From: a virus
Strand: one strand, 5' to 3'
Length of the DNA stretch: 44,295 nt
IMG/VR virus record: IMGVR_UViG_3300034141_000024
Location: 1-44,295 of that record
Part shown: one piece after another, positions 15,401-22,261 of the stretch
Position numbering within the stretch: position 1 is the stretch's first letter
Layout: every line of letters starts with the position of its first letter
Program-made: the position numbers and the translations under genes
Notes under the pieces: model-generated
Told to the model about the DNA's origin: nothing
The model's input: the letters and a program-made list of their open reading frames with translations, nothing else
Database searches by the model: none

Positions 15401-15721
15401 CCGCCGCCCGTGACCTTGGAAGCTCGGGACTACTACGAGTCCATGCTGATCGGGAAGTGCATGCAGGATTTGGAAGCGCATCGTTCGCTGATCGCGTTCC
15501 TGCGTCCCGTCGTGAAAATCCAAGACCTGCATGCGCATACGGGCGTCAGTCGTCAGAAATTGGCCGACATGCTCAAGGCACGCGGCTACCACTTCGATGT
15601 GATCCGATACGAGAAGCAAAACCATCGAGTGTGGATCGCACCGACCTGCCAGCATCCCAAGCTGGAACTCCATCGCATCATCCAAGAGGAACGCCGCAAT
15701 GCTTCTGTCAGCCGGTCATAG
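15371..15721 (+). CDS. Small HTH/winged-helix protein resembling the primase C-terminal domain
   Basis: I prefer the ATG at 15371 (GGAG 9 nt upstream). The track start at 15287 lies in AT-rich DNA with atypical codons. IQDLHAHTGVSRQKLADMLKARGYHFDVIRYEKQNHRVWI parallels the primase sequence VEVNRLLTRLGFSQVEKVLKWDGKAHRVWI. Confidence 0.55.
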   Translation: MVCNRNPVTSPPPVTLEARDYYESMLIGKCMQDLEAHRSLIAFLRPVVKIQDLHAHTGVSRQKLADMLKARGYHFDVIRYEKQNHRVWIAPTCQHPKLELHRIIQEERRNASVSRS

Positions 15722-16202
15722 CAATAGCGATCCTGGCGCGTGTGCTTTCGGTCGTACCGAAGCCGCCATCGCCGCAGAGTTCCGCAACATCGTTTCGTTC
15801 TACCTGTTGCGCGACAACATCAAGCACGCAACGGATGGCGAGGCGGCGACCAACTTACCGCTGAGTGCGGCGGCTGCACTGGCGCGTCAGCATCGACCCG
15901 CCGTTGAGTTCCATTGCAACGCAGGGCCGGCGAGTGCGTCGGGCGTGGAAGCGTTGTGCAACATGAGCCGCGACAAGGTGTTGGCTGAGAGCATCTGTCA
16001 GGTCATCAGCTCGACGCTGAGCATCAAGAATCGTGGCGCAAAGCCCGAGAACAGCGGTCAGCATTCGCGACTCGCGTTCGTGCAGGCGGGCGGGATCATC
16101 GTCGAGCTGTTCTTCATCACCAACAAGAACGATCTGGCCGCGTACGACGCCCGAAAATGGCTGGCGGGCCGGGAAGTGGCGCGCGTGCTGGCAGGCGTGT
16201 AG
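15699..16202 (+). CDS. Endolysin: N-acetylmuramoyl-L-alanine amidase (Amidase_3 type)
   Basis: SAGHSNSDPGA, EFHCNA and VELFFITNKNDL match the conserved Amidase_3 blocks (GHG..DPGA / H.NA / E.gFisN). Confidence 0.85.
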   Translation: MLLSAGHSNSDPGACAFGRTEAAIAAEFRNIVSFYLLRDNIKHATDGEAATNLPLSAAAALARQHRPAVEFHCNAGPASASGVEALCNMSRDKVLAESICQVISSTLSIKNRGAKPENSGQHSRLAFVQAGGIIVELFFITNKNDLAAYDARKWLAGREVARVLAGV

Positions 16203-16242
16203 GATTCGCCCCCATACCACATCCCCGGCTCGGAGACTACCT

Positions 16243-16638
16243 ATGCGGTTCGATGCTGTTGTCGCCGCCTTCGCCGGCTCTCTAGCCCTCATAACGCGCG
16301 ACATCAGCGTGGCTTACATCGGGGTTCCCTTGAACGTCCTGGTCGCCTGTGCGGCCGGGGCTTACTCGTCATTCAGTTTCGGTGACAAAGTAGAGCCGCG
16401 AGGTCGAATGTTTCGCCTGTTCTTCGCGTGCATTTTCATGGGATGTGCGCTTACTGCGCTCACGCAGTCGGCAATCGCTCATTGGATGAAGCTGGATTTG
16501 ACGGATGGCGCGCAGGCCGGAATGGGTGCAGTCATCGCGTGCTTGACGCGTTTCTGGATTCCGTCACTCATCGGATTCATCAAAGACGGCACATGGGTGG
16601 AGTGGGTGCCGTTTCTTCGCAAGCGTTCGGGAGGCTGA
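16243..16638 (+). CDS. Multi-pass membrane protein, putative holin
   Basis: ATG at 16243 after GGAGA. There are 3-4 hydrophobic helices. It lies between the endolysin and the spanins. Confidence 0.55.
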   Translation: MRFDAVVAAFAGSLALITRDISVAYIGVPLNVLVACAAGAYSSFSFGDKVEPRGRMFRLFFACIFMGCALTALTQSAIAHWMKLDLTDGAQAGMGAVIACLTRFWIPSLIGFIKDGTWVEWVPFLRKRSGG

Positions 16639-16641
16639 TGT

Positions 16642-16989
16642 ATGGATATTCTTGGTTACATAATCAGCAGCGTGTCACTGCTGTTGATCGGCATCACCAT
16701 GCTCGCGCGGGCGAACGATCTGCGTTGGCGCAAAGGCATTCACTGGAATGCGCGGCTGATCGGTTTCATCCTGGCGGGCATCGCGACGATCGGTATCGTC
16801 GGGCACGAATGGTTGGCATCGGACTGGCCGTCGTTCTACGAAATCATATTCCGCGTCGGGCTCGCGACGGTCTTCCTGACGACGCCGTATCTCCCGCCGT
16901 GGTGGAAGTGGATCAGCGGCATCGACGATCGCGAACCGAAGCATTCGGACGATCGGCGAGGCTGGGGAGACGCGCGCGATGAAACCTGA
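16642..16989 (+). CDS. Membrane protein (three TM helices), possibly a second holin or an antiholin
   Basis: GGGAGG SD. Hydrophobic segments with a charged C-terminus. Lies within the lysis cassette. Confidence 0.5.
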   Translation: MDILGYIISSVSLLLIGITMLARANDLRWRKGIHWNARLIGFILAGIATIGIVGHEWLASDWPSFYEIIFRVGLATVFLTTPYLPPWWKWISGIDDREPKHSDDRRGWGDARDET

Positions 16990-17380
16990 CCTGATCGTTG
17001 CGTTGATCGCGTCGATCGTCCTGGCGCTGCTGGTCACGTTCGGCGTCAACCACTACACGAATCTGCGCGAAGCTGCGGCGCGTGGCGAACAGCGCGGCGA
17101 GGTCATTACCAACACGTCGCGCGCGATCGGTGACGTGCAGCAGACCACGCAGCAGCGCGATCGTGTCGAGGTTGTCGTCAGCGATGCGCGCAACACCTAC
17201 AACACACAGAAACAAGAGGATGAGCGCCGTGAACCGACCCTGCGTGATCGTAGCGATACTGCTGTGCCTGACAGCGTGCGGGAACGGGCGCGTCAAAGAC
17301 GACTCGCCCGCGAGCGATCTGGACTCGCTGATCCTGGGCGTGCAGACCAACCTACCGGCGCGCAATCTGCCGAACGGTAG
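16979..17380 (+). CDS. i-spanin (Rz-like)
   Basis: N-terminal TM helix (LIVALIASIVLALLVTFGV) followed by a charged Arg/Glu/Gln-rich periplasmic domain. It overlaps a lipoprotein ORF in the +1 frame. Confidence 0.7.
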   Translation: MKPDLIVALIASIVLALLVTFGVNHYTNLREAAARGEQRGEVITNTSRAIGDVQQTTQQRDRVEVVVSDARNTYNTQKQEDERREPTLRDRSDTAVPDSVRERARQRRLARERSGLADPGRADQPTGAQSAER

Positions 17381-17585
17381 GTTGTACTGCGTCGAGCTTT
17401 CGCGGACGGAAGGTGCACAAGACGACTGCGCTGCGGACCTGGAAGACAACGTGTATCTGCGGGAACAGGACCGCAAGCGCGCGATCGGATTCGTGGAACG
17501 CTGGGCCGATCGGGAGCGACTGACGCGCAACCCGTGTACGTGGTGGGAAAAATTGCGACGAGTCGATCGCTGCAATAAAAACTGA
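17220..17585 (+). CDS. o-spanin (Rz1-like lipoprotein), overlapped architecture
   Basis: MSAVNRPCVIVAILLCLTAC|GNG contains the lipobox LTAC. It starts inside the i-spanin gene and extends 205 nt beyond it. Confidence 0.7.
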   Translation: MSAVNRPCVIVAILLCLTACGNGRVKDDSPASDLDSLILGVQTNLPARNLPNGRLYCVELSRTEGAQDDCAADLEDNVYLREQDRKRAIGFVERWADRERLTRNPCTWWEKLRRVDRCNKN

Positions 17586-17593
17586 TCTTGACG

Positions 17594-17620
17594 CCCCGGC
17601 CTCGCGCCGGGGTTTTTCTT
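17594..17620 (+). terminator. Rho-independent terminator of the rightward early/lysis block
   Basis: Stem ccccggc / gccgggg with loop ctcgc, then tttttcttt. Confidence 0.8.
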
Positions 17621-17732
17621 TCGGCCGGAATCATGGCGCGCGAAAAGGCGTCTCGATTTTGATCCAAAAAATCCCCTACAGGGGGTGTCGACAGGATTGC
17701 CCTGTTGACAGAAATTGACCCCCGAAAAACAC

Positions 17733-17784
17733 CGTGGAACATGGTCGGCGCGCGTTCCACGGTTCCACGCTGGAGCGTTCCACG
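17733..17784. repeat. Cluster of four GTTCCACG octamers (one inverted)
   Basis: CGTGGAAC at 17733-17740, and GTTCCACG at 17754-17761, 17762-17769 and 17777-17784. I did not notice this octamer elsewhere in the window. Confidence 0.85.
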
Positions 17785-17894
17785 CTAGACGGCCGTTAGA
17801 GGCCCTGGACGCGCCGTAGCGGGGTTTTGTGTCAACCCGCTGTCCTAGTAGCTACCGCCCCATCGCGCGGCCCGTAGCGCGCGGCTGAGGCCAT

Positions 17895-18003
17895 AACGCA
17901 AACGCCCCGCGAGCCACTAGGGCAGGCGGGGCGCGGGATGCTCCAGGCTGGAGCGATGGCGCTAAACGAAAACGCCCCGCGAGCCACTAGGGCAGGCGGG
18001 GCG
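17895..18003. repeat. Two 39-bp direct repeats (one mismatch) with a 70-bp period; each forms an 8-bp-stem hairpin
   Basis: aacgCaaacgccccgcgagccactagggcaggcggggcg (17895-17933) against aacgAaaacgccccgc...gcggggcg (17965-18003). The stem is CGCCCCGC/GCGGGGCG. Confidence 0.9.
17961..18003 (-). terminator. Probable terminator of the leftward unknown-function operon; a weaker second copy lies at 17891-17933
   Basis: On the minus strand the hairpin is followed by TTTTCGTTT (first copy met) and TTTGCGTT (second copy). The 15-nt loop is large for a canonical terminator. Confidence 0.5.
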
Positions 18004-18062
18004 TGGGGTCGGTCCAGTATCGGACCGGATGACGCTATGTCTAGAGCGTACGCGTTAGAGCG

Positions 18063-18290
18063 TTAAAGCTTTGCAAGCTTGCGCACGTTGCCGGCAACGC
18101 GTCGACACAAATCCGCGTCGCTGGGGTTCGCATCCATGTGATCGGCGAGCCAGTCCAGGAATGAGGTAGGCACGCCGTCATATCGAGACAATGCGCCGAG
18201 CGCGAAATTTACCGCATTGTGCTGATCCGCGCCGGGTTGTGCACGGATCAGGTTATCTAGTGCGGTAGCGATTTGGTCGGCAGCGTTCAT
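18063..18290 (-). CDS. hypothetical protein
   Basis: ATGA coupling with the upstream gene. It is the last gene of the leftward operon. Confidence 0.6.
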   Translation of the reverse strand: MNAADQIATALDNLIRAQPGADQHNAVNFALGALSRYDGVPTSFLDWLADHMDANPSDADLCRRVAGNVRKLAKL

Positions 18291-19042
18291 GCGCCAAATT
18301 CTCCCGTGATATCAAGGTCAGCGATACGCTTGGACGTGTTGCGAATGGTTGTGATCGCTTCGCGCATTTCGTCGCGCGCATACGCTAGCGCGTCGCGCGC
18401 ATCGCTGTATGTTTCAGCGTCATACCGCAAAAGAGCTACCGCCACGCTTGCGCGCTTGCGTGCCGCTTTCAATTCTTCGCGCGCTTCGTTTCGGTCGTCG
18501 TTTGCTTTGCTGGCCTCATGCCATTTTTCGTCGTGCTCGCGTTCGTCTTCCGCGTCAGACTCGGCCAGGGAATCAGCCGCGCGGGCCGCGTCCATCGCAC
18601 TATCAAAAATTTCAGGCTGGCCGTTGCGCTCCACAAAAACGACATGCGCCGCGCATGCGTCCACGTAACCCGCGACAAACTGCGGTTCACCATTGCGCGC
18701 CGGCAATTGCCAAACGTGGCCGGCATACGTTTCAGAATGGAACGTGTCACGGTAATAACCGCTGTGGCGAAGTGACAGAATTTCCTCGGCGCTTCCAGCG
18801 TCGCGCCAGTCGCTTACCGGCAAAGGCTGGCGCGAGCTAAACAGGGTCGGCATTTTGGGACGGTTTGCGTATCCGCCGGCCGCATATCGACGTTTATCGG
18901 GCTCGGCTTCCCAGGCGGCAAGCTTCGCGCGATAGTCGGCAAGCGTGACGTTTTCGTGGCGTCGCACGGTTGCTAGCGCATCGCGTGCCGTGTAATACGG
19001 GTTCCGCGCGCGAATCATTTTGTAATGGCTTTTAATGGTCAT
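18287..19042 (-). CDS. hypothetical protein with an acidic/coiled-coil C-terminal half
   Basis: I prefer the ATG at 19042. Its leader AGGCCATCCCGAA matches the leaders of two other genes in this operon. The GTG at 19093 (track start) has no SD. Confidence 0.55.
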   Translation of the reverse strand: MTIKSHYKMIRARNPYYTARDALATVRRHENVTLADYRAKLAAWEAEPDKRRYAAGGYANRPKMPTLFSSRQPLPVSDWRDAGSAEEILSLRHSGYYRDTFHSETYAGHVWQLPARNGEPQFVAGYVDACAAHVVFVERNGQPEIFDSAMDAARAADSLAESDAEDEREHDEKWHEASKANDDRNEAREELKAARKRASVAVALLRYDAETYSDARDALAYARDEMREAITTIRNTSKRIADLDITGEFGA

Positions 19043-19121
19043 TTCGGGATGGCCTGTTAGGCGGGTTCCGGCGACATTGCCGACAGTGCGCACGCGTGAG
19101 CATGCGCACTAGCAGCGGGAG

Positions 19122-19511
19122 TCAAATTGCAGCGCCAGCCGCGCGCATCCATTCGATCACGTCATCGCGCTTTTTGCCTTGCGGCATCGGCGCGCGGTTG
19201 TCGAGTAGCGCGAGCCCGTAGCGCGTGGCGTCACATGCGACTTTTAACGCGTTAGGGGGAATGTCAAGCGCGAATGCGGCCGACTCTCGCGAACCGGCGC
19301 GGACAAACTGTCGCGAACCGTCGTCATCCATTGCGCACCATAGCGTGCCGCCGAAACCCCAATAGGCGCCGCCGTCATCGTATCCGCCACTGTCCAGGTT
19401 GACGCGAAACAAGCGAACGGAGCGCGGAACGTCGACCGAAAGCGTAGGATCGGCCGCGCGTCCCATTGGAGCGCCGTATGTGGAGGAAACAAGGGAAAAT
19501 TGACGCGGCAT
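19122..19511 (-). CDS. hypothetical protein (GAPMGR ... GGYDDGGAYWG motifs)
   Basis: The ATG at 19511 lies 5 nt after the upstream stop. The track's longer start would overlap the upstream gene. Confidence 0.6.
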   Translation of the reverse strand: MPRQFSLVSSTYGAPMGRAADPTLSVDVPRSVRLFRVNLDSGGYDDGGAYWGFGGTLWCAMDDDGSRQFVRAGSRESAAFALDIPPNALKVACDATRYGLALLDNRAPMPQGKKRDDVIEWMRAAGAAI

Positions 19512-19515
19512 GTCA

Positions 19516-20052
19516 TCAAACCTCATAGCTCTGGCGCTTGAAACTGTCCGCATTGTGGAATGCGTCCCAATTGGCATACTTGCGGACGCTTGCCGCGTCG
19601 CGAAGCGATGCCCATCCCGGCGCGTGACAATGCAACGCGTCGCGCAACGTTTCGGGCGTGATGCTATCGGCATACTTAAAACCCGTGCCGACGCTATGCG
19701 ATGGCATGTGCACGGTTCCGACCGACGTATCGCCGCGCGACCATTGCGCGTAACCGATGCGCGTGCCGTCCGTGTAGTGGCACCACGTCACGCCGTACGG
19801 CGCGGCCGGATTGATAAAGACGCGATAACCGCATTCTTTCATCATGGCAATGAAGCGTTGCGCGTCTTCGCTGGCTTCGCACGTCCAATAGCGGCCCGTT
19901 GAATCCGCATAACGGATAGTCGGGAAGGTCACGGCCGGAGCGCCGATGGCGATGCGTTCCTCAGCTAGCGCCGCGTCCGCGTCGTCGCTTTGTTCGGCAT
20001 AGTAAGCGCGAGCTTTTTCGATGCTGATAAAATTGCAGGTTCCGTTACGCAT
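19516..20052 (-). CDS. hypothetical protein
   Basis: ATG at 20052 with GAGG 8 nt upstream. Confidence 0.6.
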   Translation of the reverse strand: MRNGTCNFISIEKARAYYAEQSDDADAALAEERIAIGAPAVTFPTIRYADSTGRYWTCEASEDAQRFIAMMKECGYRVFINPAAPYGVTWCHYTDGTRIGYAQWSRGDTSVGTVHMPSHSVGTGFKYADSITPETLRDALHCHAPGWASLRDAASVRKYANWDAFHNADSFKRQSYEV

Positions 20053-20062
20053 GGCGAATGCC

Positions 20063-20461
20063 TCAGTGATTGAGCGAGTCGGCGCCGAGATAGTCCCGAC
20101 CATCGAAGTTAGAAAGAAAGCGCAACGCGTCGCGCATTGCGGAATTGCAGTACGGGTTCCCTTGAAGGTTGCCGGCCGTGATGGTTGCGCACAAATTGCG
20201 CAAGCGAACGGGCGCCATGCTCAGCACATGGACGTAATGACTGTCGCCGATGCTGGCCGTGATTAGGTCGCCGTATCCCTCGCCGATCCATCCGAGTTTT
20301 TCGGCAAGCATGCGCGCGACCTTTTCATATTTTTCGGCATGGTCGCGGCAATCATCGACGGAATGGTATGAAACCGTTAGCGAACCCGCGTCACATTTCG
20401 CTTTGATTCGCGACGGTTTGGTGCGGGACGGTCCGATATAGCGCGTGGTGATAGCTTGCAT
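20063..20461 (-). CDS. hypothetical protein (N-terminal ITTRYIGPSRTKPSRIKA motif)
   Basis: ATG at 20461 with AAGGAG 9 nt upstream. Confidence 0.6.
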   Translation of the reverse strand: MQAITTRYIGPSRTKPSRIKAKCDAGSLTVSYHSVDDCRDHAEKYEKVARMLAEKLGWIGEGYGDLITASIGDSHYVHVLSMAPVRLRNLCATITAGNLQGNPYCNSAMRDALRFLSNFDGRDYLGADSLNH

Positions 20462-20477
20462 GTTCGCGGGCTCCTTG

Positions 20478-20648
20478 TTAGGCGATGGCGATTTGAAAGC
20501 ACTTGACGAATAGCAGCACCATGAAGATGCCGAACAGGCCCCATGCGCGGGCGGTGGATGCGTCATGCTTGGCACGCTCACGGCGCGTGATCGGCTGCCG
20601 GTGAATGATGGGGGTCGGGCGGTTCGCGTGGTCGCGGTTGCGGTTCAT
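20478..20648 (-). CDS. small C-terminally membrane-anchored protein (56 aa; not in the ORF track)
   Basis: GAGGCCATCCCG leader, then ATG. MNRNRDHANRPTPIIHRQPITRRERAKHDASTARAWGLFGIFMVLLFVKCFQIAIA. Confidence 0.5.
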   Translation of the reverse strand: MNRNRDHANRPTPIIHRQPITRRERAKHDASTARAWGLFGIFMVLLFVKCFQIAIA

Positions 20649-20688
20649 CGGGATGGCCTCTTTAGGCGTTGCCGTGGTTTGAAGCTAG

Positions 20689-20717
20689 ATTAGATCAGCT
20701 ATCTAGAATTGTGTCAA
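20689..20717 (-). promoter_or_regulatory. Sigma70-like promoter P3 (internal to the leftward operon)
   Basis: On the minus strand: TTGACA (20717-20712), 17-nt spacer, TCTAAT (20694-20689). It shares TTGTTGACAC and AGCTGATCTAAT with P2. Confidence 0.6.
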
Positions 20718-20907
20718 CAAAAATTCTTGTGTTATCGGTCGCAATTTCAAACGCGCGGGCCGCTTTAATTTCGGCCATCCGTTCATATGCGCGAGCTAGT
20801 GCGGGGTTGCCACAATGGTGACGGATGCGGGCCGCTTCCCAGGTCAGCCGGATAACTTCGTTAGCTAGCGTGCGGGTTTGTTTAATGGCGCGGTTGCGTA
20901 CGTTCAT
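20695..20907 (-). CDS. hypothetical helical protein
   Basis: 70-aa ORF. ATGA-type overlap with the upstream gene. Its last codons (FVDTILDS*) carry the -35 element of P3. Confidence 0.55.
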   Translation of the reverse strand: MNVRNRAIKQTRTLANEVIRLTWEAARIRHHCGNPALARAYERMAEIKAARAFEIATDNTRIFVDTILDS

Positions 20908-21098
20908 GGGTTGCCATCCGCGCGCTTAACAGTGCCGATGCGCACGATGCGATGCGTTCCGGGAATCTCAACCCGTGCAAGCATGCGAGCGTTTACGCCA
21001 TTGGAGGCACGGACCGTCACGGTGCGGCAGGTCCGACGGTCCGTGAGCATGCAAGCTACGTTAACTTGGACAGTGAAGGTATAGAGCGTCCGATTCAT
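20904..21098 (-). CDS. hypothetical protein (64 aa)
   Basis: I prefer the ATG at 21098 (leader GAGGCCATCGCG). The track start at 21146 lies 3 nt from the P2 -10 element, so it is probably upstream of the transcript start. Confidence 0.55.
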   Translation of the reverse strand: MNRTLYTFTVQVNVACMLTDRRTCRTVTVRASNGVNARMLARVEIPGTHRIVRIGTVKRADGNP

Positions 21099-21149
21099 CG
21101 CGATGGCCTCAAGGCGGGGTGCGGTAGGGTATGCGCTTGGCGCCATTGA

Positions 21150-21178
21150 ATTAGATCAGCTCTGGCAAATAGTGTCAA
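21150..21178 (-). promoter_or_regulatory. Sigma70-like promoter P2 (start of the leftward operon)
   Basis: On the minus strand: TTGACA (21178-21173), 17-nt spacer, TCTAAT (21155-21150). It has 20-nt identity with P1. Confidence 0.65.
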
Positions 21179-21204
21179 CAATAAATAGCAGGGAATTGTG
21201 ACTC

Positions 21205-21549
21205 ATGCCCAAATTACGGAAACCCGCCCAACGCATCCAACCTGCCAAGGATCGCATCGCGTCCGGTGACTCATGGCGTACGGATAAGGTCACGGCAACG
21301 GCGCGCGGGTATGGCCGTGAATGGCAGGCCGCTAGGCTTGAGTTTCTAGAAGCGAACCCGCTATGCCGTCACTGCCATGAAGGTGGACGCGTGGAGCCCG
21401 CACGGGTTGTCGACCATATCCGGCCGCATCATGGTGACGTCGTGCTGTTTTGGGACCGTGCTAATTGGCAAGCCTTGTGCACGTCATGCCATAGCGGTTG
21501 GAAACAGCGACTAGAGAATGTCGAGCGATACGGGAGGCCATCGCAGTGA
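21205..21549 (+). CDS. HNH endonuclease (packaging-associated)
   Basis: CRHCHEGGRVEPARVVDHIRPHHGD...NWQALCTSCHSGWK. It lies immediately upstream of the terminase genes, as in HK97-type cos phages. Confidence 0.85.
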   Translation: MPKLRKPAQRIQPAKDRIASGDSWRTDKVTATARGYGREWQAARLEFLEANPLCRHCHEGGRVEPARVVDHIRPHHGDVVLFWDRANWQALCTSCHSGWKQRLENVERYGRPSQ

Positions 21550-21733
21550 GGCTAGGAAGTGCGAGCGTGCACGTCGACACGAATCACGGCAGTGCGACGG
21601 CGACGCGCTCTCCAGGCCATGTGCGCGGTTTGACGCGATGGGGGAGGGGGGAGTAAAAGTTAGGCGCATCCGGCCGGCGTAGACCGCCCGCCCCCGCATT
21701 CGCAGATTATTTTTCACTGATACCTAAGCAACT

Positions 21734-22261
21734 ATGGCTAATTTGACCGAAAAACAGGCTGCATTTGTGTCAGGCAAGCTCGCCGGCCTCCCGCACCGCG
21801 AGGCGGCAATTCACGCCGGCTATGCAGCGTCCAGTGCCGAGCAGACCGCGACGAAGCTCATGCGGCACCCGTCCATTAAGGCGGCGTTGCGCAAGGGCAA
21901 GCGTGTGAGCGATGCCGGCTTCAAGCGCCGGCAGGAAGTGGATGACGAACTCGATGGTGTCGGCGAGTCCGCGCAGTTGGAGCGCAATCAGATGCCGCAA
22001 GAGCGGTACGAAGACTCGATGGAGTTCCTAAAGGACGCCATGAACCTGCGTACGCTTCCGATCGCAGCGCGTGCCGACTACGCGAAAGCACTGCTGCCGT
22101 TCCAGCACGCGAAGGTCGGCGACAAGGGCAAGAAACAAACCGCGAAGGAACGCGCCGCAGAGATTGCCGGTGCCGAGCGCAAGAACGGCACGGACGGCGG
22201 AACGGTCGTGGAGGCCGGTAGCAGGTTTCGTGTCAAGTCGGCTCCGGGGAGTAAGCACTGA
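21734..22261 (+). CDS. terS: Terminase small subunit
   Basis: LTEKQAAFVSGKLAGLPHREAAIHAGYAASSAEQTATKLMRHPSIKAAL is a typical Terminase_2-type N-terminus. Its position before TerL agrees. Confidence 0.8.
   Translation: MANLTEKQAAFVSGKLAGLPHREAAIHAGYAASSAEQTATKLMRHPSIKAALRKGKRVSDAGFKRRQEVDDELDGVGESAQLERNQMPQERYEDSMEFLKDAMNLRTLPIAARADYAKALLPFQHAKVGDKGKKQTAKERAAEIAGAERKNGTDGGTVVEAGSRFRVKSAPGSKH

Noticed and set aside
17293-17760. 155-aa minus-strand ORF overlapping the spanin genes and the terminator.
   Set aside because: It is antisense to the i-/o-spanin pair, crosses a rho-independent terminator, and has no SD or recognisable features.
17895-18003. A possible mini-CRISPR array or CRISPR-repeat mimic (two 39-bp repeats around a 31-bp spacer).
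   Set aside because: There are only two repeats and no cas genes or leader. The flanks are also duplicated, so this is a 70-bp tandem unit rather than a repeat-spacer structure. The repeat has a 15-nt loop and a downstream T-tract on the minus strand, which fits terminators better. It is kept only as a low-probability alternative in the findings.
21099-21146. The longer start (ATG 21146) for the first leftward gene, and a 16-aa mini-ORF (MSHNSLLFIVDTICQS) ending at about 21156.
   Set aside because: The ATG at 21146 lies 3 nt from the -10 hexamer of P2 and so is probably untranscribed. The mini-ORF's similarity to the C-terminus FVDTILDS of the 20695-20907 protein is explained by the shared promoter sequence.
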